64,000 nucleotides of DNA. Source: Minisyncoccota bacterium (lineage in GTDB: Bacteria; Patescibacteriota; Minisyncoccia; Phycocordibacterales; UBA9973). Positions 1 to 8,761 of the stretch are shown piece by piece. Numbering within the stretch: the first letter of the stretch is position 1; every line of letters begins with the position of its first letter. The notes under the pieces are model-generated. The model searched no databases, was not told where the DNA came from, and worked only from the letters and a program-made list of their open reading frames with translations. Position numbers and translations under genes: made by a program. Location: contig JBAYHY010000003.1 of NCBI GenBank assembly GCA_041665885.1, forward strand, positions 4,529 to 68,528, written 5' to 3'.

Positions 1-4
1 TGCA

Positions 5-466
5 ATGCTTGGTTTCTGTGTTTTTGTCGCTACGGTCGCCATTTTCCCCGCTTACTTTAGTTCTGTTTCTGGTAAAAATTTTGCGAACGCAAAACTGGTG
101 ATGCAGGAACAAGAGCCGGTTCCTTTAATTGATCAAGGTTCTCTGTTTGTGATGAAGGATATGAGCAATAAGTTAAATATAGTTGAGAATGCCGAGAAAA
201 ATAAATATTTTATTTCCCAAAAGATAATAAGCGAAATCATTCTCCTGAAAATGGAGGACATCAAAATAAGTGAAATAACTTATGAAAATAGCGCGACAGA
301 CGGGAAAAAGGTTCAGATTTGGGGGTTGGCGCCAAGCCGAGAGAGATTGTTATTTTTTCGTCGCGCGCTAGAAGAGAGTGAAGCCTTCAAAAGTGTTGAT
401 TTGCCAATTTCTAATTTTGTGAAAGGGTCGAATATCGAATTTTCCTTAAGTTTAATTCCTTCATAG
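5..466 (+). CDS. C-terminal part of a PilN-like type IV pilus assembly protein (start probably upstream of window)
   Basis: ORF runs from the window edge and is followed directly by a PilO-like gene. No strong motif; assignment rests on context and composition. Confidence 0.35.
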   Translation: MLGFCVFVATVAIFPAYFSSVSGKNFANAKLVMQEQEPVPLIDQGSLFVMKDMSNKLNIVENAEKNKYFISQKIISEIILLKMEDIKISEITYENSATDGKKVQIWGLAPSRERLLFFRRALEESEAFKSVDLPISNFVKGSNIEFSLSLIPS

Positions 467-470
467 TTCA

Positions 471-1028
471 ATGCGACACAATCTTAAATTACTGAAAAAA
501 TTCAACAAAACGCCACTTTTTATTTCGCTTTTTGTTTTGGTAATTTTCTGCACAGTTTTTGTGTTTTTATATATAAAAATTGACGGCAACAAAAAAGAGG
601 CAGAAAATGCACAAACCGAATGGCAGACTGAAGCGAACAGGCGCGACGAGATAAGGTCCCTCGAACGGTCGGTAAAAGACATTGAAGTAGAGAGAAATTT
701 ATTGGATTCCCATTTTGCGCAAAGTTCTGACGTTGTCCCATTTTTAGATACCATCGAACGGCTCGCCTCCTCGGTCGGAGCGAAACCCGAAATTGTTTCA
801 GTGAATATTTTGAAAGATAATTCTGGGCTTGTGGTCGAATTAAAAGCAAGTGGAAATTTTCAATCGGTCTATAAATTTTTACTGCTTCTAGAAAATTCTC
901 CATATGAGCTTGAGTTTGTTTCAGCAGATATACAGAATACAGAGGCGCAAGATGCTTATGACGGAAAAACCGAAAATCCGACATGGGAAGCTACCTTTAA
1001 AATAAAACTTTTAAGTTTTGTATTGTAA
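471..1028 (+). CDS. PilO-like type IV pilus assembly protein (N-terminal TM helix plus coiled coil)
   Basis: N-terminal hydrophobic helix (LFISLFVLVIFCTVFVFLYI), then coiled-coil region and a C-terminal domain typical of PilO. Confidence 0.45.
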   Translation: MRHNLKLLKKFNKTPLFISLFVLVIFCTVFVFLYIKIDGNKKEAENAQTEWQTEANRRDEIRSLERSVKDIEVERNLLDSHFAQSSDVVPFLDTIERLASSVGAKPEIVSVNILKDNSGLVVELKASGNFQSVYKFLLLLENSPYELEFVSADIQNTEAQDAYDGKTENPTWEATFKIKLLSFVL

Positions 1029-1037
1029 ATTAAAAAT

Positions 1038-1346
1038 ATGGAGATAAAATTTTTTAAAAAAGAAAAGAGTTTTAAAAAAGAAGGATTTCACCCGAGCCCA
1101 AGTGTTTTATGGAAATTTGTTCTTTTGGCGACCGCAGGACTGATTATAGTTTCTTTTATTTTTGCGTATAATTTGTTTTTGCAAGTAAATAAAGAGTTCG
1201 TTCCCACAGATGAGAATACAAAGGGGCAAATCAGGATTGTTAAAAAGGAGGAAATACAAAAAACGTTAGAGTATTTTTCTGAACGAGAAAAAAGATCAGC
1301 CGAGATTATGAATTCCCTGTTTCCTGTCGTTGACCCCTCGCTATAA
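1038..1346 (+). CDS. hypothetical small membrane protein
   Basis: ORF with one predicted TM segment (FVLLATAGLIIVSFIFAY); no recognisable family. Confidence 0.5.
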   Translation: MEIKFFKKEKSFKKEGFHPSPSVLWKFVLLATAGLIIVSFIFAYNLFLQVNKEFVPTDENTKGQIRIVKKEEIQKTLEYFSEREKRSAEIMNSLFPVVDPSL

Positions 1347-1351
1347 AAAAT

Positions 1352-1426
1352 TGGTGCCCTTGGTAGGAATCGAACCTACATCAAGGCCTTAGAAGAGCCT
1401 CGTTCTATCCATTGAACTACAAGGGC
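1352..1426 (-). tRNA. tRNA-Arg (anticodon TCT), CCA encoded
   Basis: Minus-strand cloverleaf: acceptor GCCCTTG/CAAGGGC, T-loop GGTTCGATTCC, anticodon loop CTTCTAA, 3' CCA present. Confidence 0.85.
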
Positions 1427-1430
1427 GGGG

Positions 1431-1503
1431 TGCGCGGTAAGGGACTCGAACCCCTGACCTTCCCGGTGTAAACGGGTTGCTCTACCAACTGAGCTAACCG
1501 CGC
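1431..1503 (-). tRNA. tRNA-Val (anticodon TAC)
   Basis: Minus-strand cloverleaf: GCGCGGT TA GCTCAGTTGGTAGAGCA ... anticodon loop TTTACAC ... GGTTCGAGTCC ... ACCGCGC A. CCA not encoded. Confidence 0.85.
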
Positions 1504-1537
1504 ATATTTAACATGTTATAACATAATTACAAAAAAA

Positions 1538-1651
1538 CAGTGCCTTCGTCGCGTCGCTACAACTGAGCAGACCGTGCATACTTAATCATTTTGCAACACA
1601 ACAAACAAAACAGTGCTTTCGCCGCGTCGCTACAGCTGAGCTAACCGCGCA
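1538..1651 (-). repeat. two tandem degenerate copies (1538..1578 and 1611..1651) of the 5' ~22 nt of the adjacent tRNA-Val, each followed on the minus strand by a T-run
   Basis: Read directly: ctaca[a/g]ctgagc..accg[t/c]gca matches tRNA-Val 5' acceptor/D-arm (ctaccaactgagctaaccgcgca). Both copies share the extension cagtgc[c/t]ttcg[t/c]cgcgtcgcta and are preceded by A-runs. Confidence 0.7.
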
Positions 1652-1697
1652 AAAACGAACGCTTGTAATTGTAGAACATTTCCACTAAGATTTCAAT

Positions 1698-2447
1698 ATG
1701 AAAATTTTGTACGAGGATTCTAATATTCTAGCCATAGACAAACCGTCTGGTATTTCTGTGCACGGTGATGGCAGAAGTAAGAAGAAAACAATTGTAGATT
1801 GGGTTCTAAAAAACTTTCCAAAGATGAAAAATGTGGGGGAACCGATGCGAGTTGACGCAAAAGTGTTTCCGCGCCCCGGTGTCGTGCATCGATTAGACAA
1901 CGAAACGTCCGGTGTTTTGCTTTTGGCAAAAAATCAAAAAGCTTATGAATTTTTGAAAAATCAATTCTCCGCCCCCGCTTTGGAATTAAAAAATAAAAGC
2001 GGGTTGGCGGACAGGCAAGACAGAATTAACAAGACGTATGTCGCAATAGTTGATGGCTGGGTAAAAAATGATCGTGGAATAATCAACAAGCCCATTGGCC
2101 GAAGTCCGAAAGATTTTCGTCGGCATTTAGCGGGGCGCGGAGTGCGCGGGGAGATTCGAGAAGCTATTACTCAATATAGAGTTTTGAAAAGATTTGAGGC
2201 TCCGCAGAAATATACTTATCTTGAAATTCGTCCCAAAACAGGCCGAACGCATCAAATTCGGGTACATATGAAATTTTTGAATCATCCGGTAGTCTGTGAT
2301 TCTTTATATAACCCAAACGGCATTTGTCCGCCAGGGATTAAAAGATTAGCGCTTCATGCAAAATCTATTGAATTTAAAAACCTGAAAGGGGAAACAGTAA
2401 AAGTGGAATCGTCATTACCAAAAGAGTTCATAAAATTGCAAAAATAA
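1698..2447 (+). CDS. RluA-family pseudouridine synthase
   Basis: Catalytic HRLD motif (VVHRLDNETSGVLLLAKN) and overall RluA/RluD-like layout. Confidence 0.85.
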   Translation: MKILYEDSNILAIDKPSGISVHGDGRSKKKTIVDWVLKNFPKMKNVGEPMRVDAKVFPRPGVVHRLDNETSGVLLLAKNQKAYEFLKNQFSAPALELKNKSGLADRQDRINKTYVAIVDGWVKNDRGIINKPIGRSPKDFRRHLAGRGVRGEIREAITQYRVLKRFEAPQKYTYLEIRPKTGRTHQIRVHMKFLNHPVVCDSLYNPNGICPPGIKRLALHAKSIEFKNLKGETVKVESSLPKEFIKLQK

Positions 2448-2473
2448 AGAGTTTGTGTTAAATTGAACCCACT

Positions 2474-2893
2474 ATGGCAGGAAATAAAATAACAAAAATA
2501 AAATTTAGTCCGGTAGATATCGAGGCCCGAAAGAAACTTGATTTTAAAGCGGGGGATACTATCAATGTGTCTTCTAAAATTCTTGACGAAAAAGGTAAAT
2601 ATCGTCTGCAGTCCTTTGAAGGTATCGTACTTGCGAGAAAGCACGGCAAAGAGGTAGGTGCTACTTTTACCGTTCGTAAAATTGCCTCTGGGGTAGGAGT
2701 AGAAAGAATTTTTCCACTGTATTCTCCGATGATAGATAAGGTTGAAATAACTAAAAGAGCTCGAGCCCGCAGATCAAAATTATATTACATTCGTACCAAA
2801 GCGGTGAAAGATGTTCGCCGAAAAATGCGCTCTGTCGCCAATCAGGCTGAAGCCGAAATAGAAGTAGAGGCAGCAGAAAAAGTTGCTGAGTAA
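2474..2893 (+). CDS. rplS: 50S ribosomal protein L19
   Basis: Matches L19 throughout (FKAGDTINVSSKILDEKGK...QSFEGIVLARKHG...TFTVRKIASGVGVERIFPLYSP). Confidence 0.9.
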   Translation: MAGNKITKIKFSPVDIEARKKLDFKAGDTINVSSKILDEKGKYRLQSFEGIVLARKHGKEVGATFTVRKIASGVGVERIFPLYSPMIDKVEITKRARARRSKLYYIRTKAVKDVRRKMRSVANQAEAEIEVEAAEKVAE

Positions 2894-2899
2894 AACAAT

Positions 2900-2982
2900 G
2901 CGCGGGTGTTGTAACAGTAGCCAAGCTGCCTTGAGGTGGCAGTGTCCGCAAGGACGTGGAGGTGCAAATCCTCTCCCGCGCA
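2900..2982 (+). ncRNA. GC-rich tRNA-like structured element (possible non-canonical tRNA-Leu(GAG)-like gene, pseudogene or other small RNA)
   Basis: 83 nt closed by a 7-bp helix GCGCGGG/CCCGCGC. Three internal hairpins: CTGCC-TTGAGGT-GGCAG, GTCC-GCAA-GGAC (GNRA loop), GGAGG-TGCAAAT-CCTCT. Discriminator-like A after the helix. Lacks the canonical G18G19 and T54-psi55. Confidence 0.35.
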
Positions 2983-3100
2983 CAAAGTAGCAATTCTATA
3001 TATTTTTTGCTATATGGATTACCATATACCAATTGCACTCGGACATTATGCAAATAAACTTGCATATGCTCCTCGTTTATTGGTATAAATTAGAGCACAT

Positions 3101-3174
3101 GGTGCCTATAGTGTAATGGTTAGCACTAGAGCTTGTGGAGCTCTCGGTCAGGGTTCGAATCCCTGTAGGCACCC
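3101..3174 (+). tRNA. tRNA-His (anticodon GTG) with encoded G-1
   Basis: G-1 plus acceptor GTGCCTA/TAGGCAC, anticodon loop TTGTGGA, T-loop GGTTCGAATCC, discriminator C. Confidence 0.85.
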
Positions 3175-3215
3175 ACGTTTAAACTTTTTCTTTTTCTCCT
3201 GTATAATCTAAACAC

Positions 3216-4604
3216 ATGAAAGAAACAAAATTATTTCCTGAACCGATATCTCTGAAAAAACTTATTGGTCCAAGTTTCATTATTCTTGCCTTGGGGCTTG
3301 GTTCCGGAGAAGTTATTTTGTGGCCTTATTTAACGGCTAATTATGGTTTAGGTATTGCTTGGGGGGCGATTTTGGGAATCACTTTTCAGTATTTTATGAA
3401 TATGGAAATAGAGCGCTATGCCCTCGTTAAAGGCGAGAGCGTTTTTGTCGGTATTTATAAGTTATGGAAACCGGCAATTTATTGGTTTATTGTCTCGACC
3501 TTTATCGGTTTCGGCTTGCCGGGGATTATTGCTGCTTCGGCGAAAGTTATGGCTAGCGTTCTCGGAATAGAAAATTTTAAATGGATAGCAATTTTGTTTT
3601 TGTTAATTATTGGGCTTATTTTAAGTATGGGGAAGACTGTTTACGGAATGATGGAGCGTCTCACGAAAATTATTATTTTAATTGGAGTCCCTTTTATATT
3701 TTTACTCGCTGTCTTTCTGGCTACGAGAACAGATTGGGTTGCATTGTTTGGTGGAATAATAGGAAAAGGGGAAGGGTTTTGGTTTTTACCGGAAGGCGTT
3801 AGCATTGCAACATTTCTCGCTGCCTTTGCTTATTCTGGAGCGGGGGGAAATTTAAATTTAACTCAATCAATCTATATAAAGGAAAAGGGTTATGGCATGG
3901 GAATTTATTCACAAAAAATTGCCAGCCTTTTTTCCAGGGAGCAGGACAATGAAATTGTTTTAGATGGCACGGATTGCGCCGCGACGAAGGAAGATGTCAG
4001 TCGTTTTAATAAGTGGTGGAAACTGATTAGTATTGAACACGCTTTTATTTTTTGGTTTTTGGGTGCAGTGTCGATGATTTTTCTCATGCTTTTATCTTAT
4101 GCGACTACCCACGGGCTGGCCGGAAATGCCGAGGGAATTAATTTCGTTATAAACGAAGGAGTAGTTATTGGGGAAATTGTATTTCCTTTCGTTGGGGTTT
4201 TGTTTTTGGTGGTAGTTTCTATTATGCTTTTTCAAACACAGCTCGGTGTGATGGACTCTACTTCGCGCATCATGGCAGAGAATTTTGCTATTAAAAAACT
4301 AGACGGGCAAGAAAGAGGAAAAATCAATCTTTCTAAAATATATTATTCTTTTGTTTGGGCGCAGATTGCTTTTGGGATAATTTTATTTTTATTTAATTTT
4401 TACGAACCAAAGACCTTAATTGTCTTAGGTGCGGTGATCAATGCCTTCGCGATGTTCGTGCATTTGGCTTTAGTTTCTTGGCTTAACCATAAGAGTCTGC
4501 CGAAAGTTTTCCGTCCAACTGTGTTACGAAAAATTATAATTGGAATTATTTTTATCTTCTTTGGTGCTTTTAGTTTTATCGTTTTAAAAGATAAACTTTT
4601 TTAG
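3216..4604 (+). CDS. polytopic integral membrane protein, possible transporter
   Basis: 462 aa with at least 10 hydrophobic segments. Nramp-like at first glance but lacks DPGN/MPH motifs. Confidence 0.6.
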   Translation: MKETKLFPEPISLKKLIGPSFIILALGLGSGEVILWPYLTANYGLGIAWGAILGITFQYFMNMEIERYALVKGESVFVGIYKLWKPAIYWFIVSTFIGFGLPGIIAASAKVMASVLGIENFKWIAILFLLIIGLILSMGKTVYGMMERLTKIIILIGVPFIFLLAVFLATRTDWVALFGGIIGKGEGFWFLPEGVSIATFLAAFAYSGAGGNLNLTQSIYIKEKGYGMGIYSQKIASLFSREQDNEIVLDGTDCAATKEDVSRFNKWWKLISIEHAFIFWFLGAVSMIFLMLLSYATTHGLAGNAEGINFVINEGVVIGEIVFPFVGVLFLVVVSIMLFQTQLGVMDSTSRIMAENFAIKKLDGQERGKINLSKIYYSFVWAQIAFGIILFLFNFYEPKTLIVLGAVINAFAMFVHLALVSWLNHKSLPKVFRPTVLRKIIIGIIFIFFGAFSFIVLKDKLF

Positions 4605-4622
4605 GTCATTGTTATCTCTTTT

Positions 4623-6719
4623 GTGTGGGTATATAATATTTTTATGGCCCTAGGAGAAAAATTAGCAAAAATATCACAGGAGCTACAAACATCTAAAACA
4701 GAAGCCGAAAAAAGGTTTAAAGACAAAGAGCTTGAACCAGTTCGCGCTAAAATTAAAGAGCTTGAAGTTCAAAAATATCAGTTAGAATTAGTAAAAGGTT
4801 CTTTGGAATTGAGGTCTGGAGAAAAAACAGGTAAGGGGATGAGGGAGTATTCTTCCGAAACAAAAGAACAATCTAGAAGAGAATCCCAAAAGCTTGATAT
4901 TTTAATAGAAAAAAATAAAGAAGCTCTTCAGTCTATTGGAATAAAGGACAGAGACCAGCTTGTAGAAAATCCAGAGTTTGCCGAAGAAGAAGAAGTGGTT
5001 AGTTATAAAAAATCGGCAATTCAAAACGAGGGATTAAAAATGTCTGATTCTGTATTGCAAGAAAGACTGCAGGGTTTAGGAGTAAATTTTGATACTGAAA
5101 ATTTTTCTTACGATTTCGCCGAAAAAGCATTGTCGGAAAAATTAAAAACCCTTGAAAGAGATCTTGTGTTGGAAAAATTAAAAACACCAGAGGGGAGAGA
5201 AAATGTGCTAGAAATGGCCACAAGGGGCCTTGAGAACTCACTACCGAAAATAGATGTCGCAAGAGGTTATGTTTTTGTTAACGGCTCGGGGTTTTCATTG
5301 GAAAGATTGTCTGAAGCAAGGTTGCTACCTGAAAATATTAAAGAATACCAAGCAATATATGGTGAAGACATAACAGAGGAGGCAATAAAAAAAATACATG
5401 AACAGAAGGTGAGGGAAAGAATTTTCGATTCTGACAGAAGAGGAGAAAATATTTTTTCTTTGCAACACCAGATGGAGCTCGTTAAACCAGAAGAAGCTGA
5501 AAAAGCAAAAAGGCTTATGGAAAATTTTATTGAAGCTCAGAACAAATTTAGAATAGCCGCAAAACAGAAATCCGAAGAGCTCAAGGAAAAAAACATAAAT
5601 TTTGATCCGGCATATGCCACTAGATACGGTGGTGAATATGAAGATTATATTCGGATAACAGAATACAGAGAAAGCGAACGAGAGATTATGTCTGCGCTCG
5701 AGGATTCATCAAATTTTCCGCCTGAGTTTGATTTTGTGAAGCTTCAAGATTACATAAGCAATAGAATGGGTTCGGTTTTAAAATTTACCGAAGCTGTAAA
5801 GGGTATAAAAACAAGAGAAGATGTAAATAATTTTCTGGGTAGCGGAGGGGCTGTTTCGAGTGCCCACACAGATCAGCTTAAATCCCCACTTTCTGTGGCT
5901 AGGTTTAAGTTTACGCGAGAAAACTCAAAAGCTTTTTCGAACGATTCCTTCTTCGCAACAATAGAAGAAATGTCTGCAAGGTGTAAAACTTATGCCCAGG
6001 CAGAAGAATATCTCAATGGAAAGTCAAATGCTCTTTTAAGCATGGTGCCTGCCACTCTTAAAAAAATTGAATTAGCCACTGATGTTTGGAAAAGAATGAT
6101 TGATTTCTTACAAGAAGCAGAAAAAGAAAAATTTAGTTCTTCTCCCGATGGCAAGAAAACGATAGAGTCCATGATTAATGGAATAGAAGTAGGCAAAAAG
6201 AGCGCATCTAAGTTAATGTCCGAACTTACAAAATTAGAATCAGAATTGCCAAGAGAAACCGTTGTTCTTGAGGGGGGCAATATCACAGTTCCAGCTATTT
6301 CAAAACGATTGGAAGAATTGAAAAAAGACACAGAAGGTGAAGAGAAAAACTTAACTAGCCTAAAAGCGACAATTGGAAAGCATAAATCAAACGAACCAAG
6401 GTTTTTTGGAAAGGATAAATGGGAAGACGAATTAGCTGATTTGGAGAGGAAAAGAAAAGATTTAGAGAAAATAATTAGTAAGATGAAAGACGAGGATTTT
6501 CCCTCTTTAGCTAGAAAACAAACTTATTATGTTCCAGTCGAACGATATTGTCCCCAGGAAATAGAAGAGTTAGTCAAGAGCCAAAAGTCAAAAGGGGGTC
6601 CAAACGAAGTTTTTGGAAAGCTAAGGGCCCAGCTTGGTGAAATTATTGATCGCAAGGTTTCAGAATCTGTGGCGAAGCTCTACAGGGAGTATCAAGAACT
6701 AGAAAAACAAATGCAATGA
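4623..6719 (+). CDS. large E/K-rich coiled-coil hypothetical protein
   Basis: 698-aa ORF, highly charged with heptad-like repeats; no catalytic motif recognised. Confidence 0.6.
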   Translation: MWVYNIFMALGEKLAKISQELQTSKTEAEKRFKDKELEPVRAKIKELEVQKYQLELVKGSLELRSGEKTGKGMREYSSETKEQSRRESQKLDILIEKNKEALQSIGIKDRDQLVENPEFAEEEEVVSYKKSAIQNEGLKMSDSVLQERLQGLGVNFDTENFSYDFAEKALSEKLKTLERDLVLEKLKTPEGRENVLEMATRGLENSLPKIDVARGYVFVNGSGFSLERLSEARLLPENIKEYQAIYGEDITEEAIKKIHEQKVRERIFDSDRRGENIFSLQHQMELVKPEEAEKAKRLMENFIEAQNKFRIAAKQKSEELKEKNINFDPAYATRYGGEYEDYIRITEYRESEREIMSALEDSSNFPPEFDFVKLQDYISNRMGSVLKFTEAVKGIKTREDVNNFLGSGGAVSSAHTDQLKSPLSVARFKFTRENSKAFSNDSFFATIEEMSARCKTYAQAEEYLNGKSNALLSMVPATLKKIELATDVWKRMIDFLQEAEKEKFSSSPDGKKTIESMINGIEVGKKSASKLMSELTKLESELPRETVVLEGGNITVPAISKRLEELKKDTEGEEKNLTSLKATIGKHKSNEPRFFGKDKWEDELADLERKRKDLEKIISKMKDEDFPSLARKQTYYVPVERYCPQEIEELVKSQKSKGGPNEVFGKLRAQLGEIIDRKVSESVAKLYREYQELEKQMQ

Positions 6720-6765
6720 TTTCTTTGCTTGGGCACTCGGTGTCCAAAGGGTGAATCTTTTGGCT

Positions 6766-7161
6766 TTATTTCTTTTCTTCTACTTCTTTATCGATATGTT
6801 CCAGTTTTTCCTCCACCCTTTTCAGGGTTTTTTGTAAATTTTTAAGTTGCATTTCTTCTGTCTCGAGTTCTTCCTCTTCTTTTTCTTCTATCTTTTTCTC
6901 ACCGACTAGGCCGGAAATGATCAGTTTGCTCCCGACGAAAGCAGAAACGAATACTCCCGTCATAAGTAGCATAACGCTACCGATAATTAATGAGAGGACA
7001 GAGCTAACGCTCATGTCATCTGCGATATGCCAAACTCCACGCCAAAACAGCACAACCCCAATACCCCCAATAAATGCATAAAGAATAGGGTAATGGCTTA
7101 ATTTTTCTCTTATTTTGTTTTCCAACTTATCAAAAAACCTAACAATACTTTTTATAAACAT
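6766..7161 (-). CDS. small membrane protein with E/K-rich coiled-coil tail
   Basis: Two TM segments, then a charged helical C-terminus. Confidence 0.5.
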   Translation of the reverse strand: MFIKSIVRFFDKLENKIREKLSHYPILYAFIGGIGVVLFWRGVWHIADDMSVSSVLSLIIGSVMLLMTGVFVSAFVGSKLIISGLVGEKKIEEKEEEELETEEMQLKNLQKTLKRVEEKLEHIDKEVEEKK

Positions 7162-7200
7162 ATTTCTAATAATACACCAAATTATGCTAATATAAAATAG

Positions 7201-7644
7201 ATGAAAAAAGTTTCCAAAAATATTAAAGAAACGACAGAAATAGCAAAAACTTTTTTGGATAAAATCCTAAAAGATAAAAAAAACACAGAAAAGGCCACCA
7301 TTGTATGCCTTTCCGGCAATTTGGGCGCTGGCAAAACTGCATTTACCCAGGGCGTGGCAAAACACTTGGGTGTCAAAAGCAAGGTCGTGAGTCCTACTTT
7401 TGTAATATATAAAAAGTACCCGCTTAAAAACAAAAAACATAAATATTTATTTCATTTGGACGCGTATCGTCTTAAAAATGAAAAAGAATTATTGCATTTG
7501 GATTGGAATAAAATTGTTAGCGACAACGAAAATCTCGTAATCGTCGAATGGCCCGAGAATGTAAAAAAAGTTATTCCCAAGTATGCAAAATATATTTACA
7601 TATCAAACGACAAGAATGATTCAAGAATTTTGGAACTTAAATGA
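7201..7644 (+). CDS. tsaE: tRNA threonylcarbamoyladenosine biosynthesis ATPase TsaE
   Basis: P-loop LSGNLGAGKT and conserved VVSPTF motif of TsaE/YjeE. Confidence 0.85.
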   Translation: MKKVSKNIKETTEIAKTFLDKILKDKKNTEKATIVCLSGNLGAGKTAFTQGVAKHLGVKSKVVSPTFVIYKKYPLKNKKHKYLFHLDAYRLKNEKELLHLDWNKIVSDNENLVIVEWPENVKKVIPKYAKYIYISNDKNDSRILELK

Positions 7645-8207
7645 ATTATAAGAATATTTGGGAAAATGAAATTCTAATAAAGGTGCTTAAGGGCGGTGGA
7701 ATCGTCGTGATGCCGACTGATACTATTTATGGAATTGTCGGTGCTGCCCTAAACGAAGCTACGGTTTTGCGTATTTATGAAATAAAAAAAACAGCGCCAG
7801 AAAAACCGTTTATTATATTAATCGGTGATATTAATGAAATTGAAAAATTTTCTGTTGTTTTATCTTCAGAACAAAAAAACATAATAAAAAATTATTGGCC
7901 CGGTCCCGTTAGTATTATTTTTGATTGCTTGGAAGATTCGTTCACATATCTTCATCGAGGCACGAAAACTTTGGCTTTTCGTTTACCCCAGAATATAGAT
8001 TTACAAAATTTATTAAATAAAACAGGTCCACTTGTCGCCACCTCTTCCAACCGTGCAGCCTTGCCCGCTGCCAAAAACACCACCGAAGCAAAAAATTACT
8101 TTGACGACCAAGTTGACCTATATATGGATGGAGGTGAAATCTCAGGTAAGCCGTCTAAACTTATTCGATTGCACAAAGATGGTTCAGTCAGTATACTTAG
8201 AGAGTAA
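7641..8207 (+). CDS. tsaC: L-threonylcarbamoyladenylate synthase (YrdC/Sua5 family)
   Basis: YrdC signature VVMPTDTIYGIVGAA; about 190 aa; adjacent to tsaE. Confidence 0.85.
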   Translation: MNYKNIWENEILIKVLKGGGIVVMPTDTIYGIVGAALNEATVLRIYEIKKTAPEKPFIILIGDINEIEKFSVVLSSEQKNIIKNYWPGPVSIIFDCLEDSFTYLHRGTKTLAFRLPQNIDLQNLLNKTGPLVATSSNRAALPAAKNTTEAKNYFDDQVDLYMDGGEISGKPSKLIRLHKDGSVSILRE

Positions 8208-8230
8208 TAGCCTAACAAATAATAAAAAAC

Positions 8231-8761
8231 ATGTCACAAAATCATACCTCGTTTTTGCGCTCAATTTTCAAGGAGAATGAGGAGGCAAGGAAAAAAATAT
8301 TTCGCAGCATAAAAGCCAAGGCCAATGCGAGAAGAAGTACCTCAGAAAAAGTTGCGGATTTTATGACGGATAATTTCGGAAGTAGCATTTTTTTGATACT
8401 TAACGCAATTTTTTTCGGGGCCTGGATAGTTATTAACACATCTCAAATAAACGGAGTGCCTGCTTTCGACCCTTTTCCTTTTAATTTGCTCACTATGATT
8501 GTGTCTCTCGAGGCCATCATCCTTGCTATTTTTGTGCTTATTTCTCAAAATCGAACAGCGAAGGTAGATGATCTCCGAGAAGAAACGCATCTACAACTCA
8601 ATATTATTTCTGAAAAAGAAATTACCAAGCTTATGAAAATGCTGGCGCTTCTTTTGGAAAAACAGGGGATAGACCTCTCGCAAGATCCCGAGTTGCACAA
8701 GATGATTCGACCTGTAAGTGAGGAAGAAATAGAGAGGAGATTAGAAAAAGAAATTTTATAA
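8231..8761 (+). CDS. DUF1003 family membrane protein
   Basis: FDPFPFNLLTMIVSLEAIILAIFVLISQNR matches the DUF1003 core. Confidence 0.7.
   Translation: MSQNHTSFLRSIFKENEEARKKIFRSIKAKANARRSTSEKVADFMTDNFGSSIFLILNAIFFGAWIVINTSQINGVPAFDPFPFNLLTMIVSLEAIILAIFVLISQNRTAKVDDLREETHLQLNIISEKEITKLMKMLALLLEKQGIDLSQDPELHKMIRPVSEEEIERRLEKEIL

Noticed and set aside
2900-2982. SRP (4.5S) RNA identity for the GC-rich element after rplS
   Set aside because: It has a GNRA tetraloop and a closing helix, but the conserved helix-8 symmetric/asymmetric loop sequences (AGCAG / GGUGCUGUUUACCAGG-type) are not present in the right positions. The three-hairpin layout fits a tRNA-like shape better.
3216-4604. Nramp/MntH assignment for the 462-aa membrane protein
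   Set aside because: Superficial N-terminal resemblance only; the defining DPGN and MPH motifs are absent.
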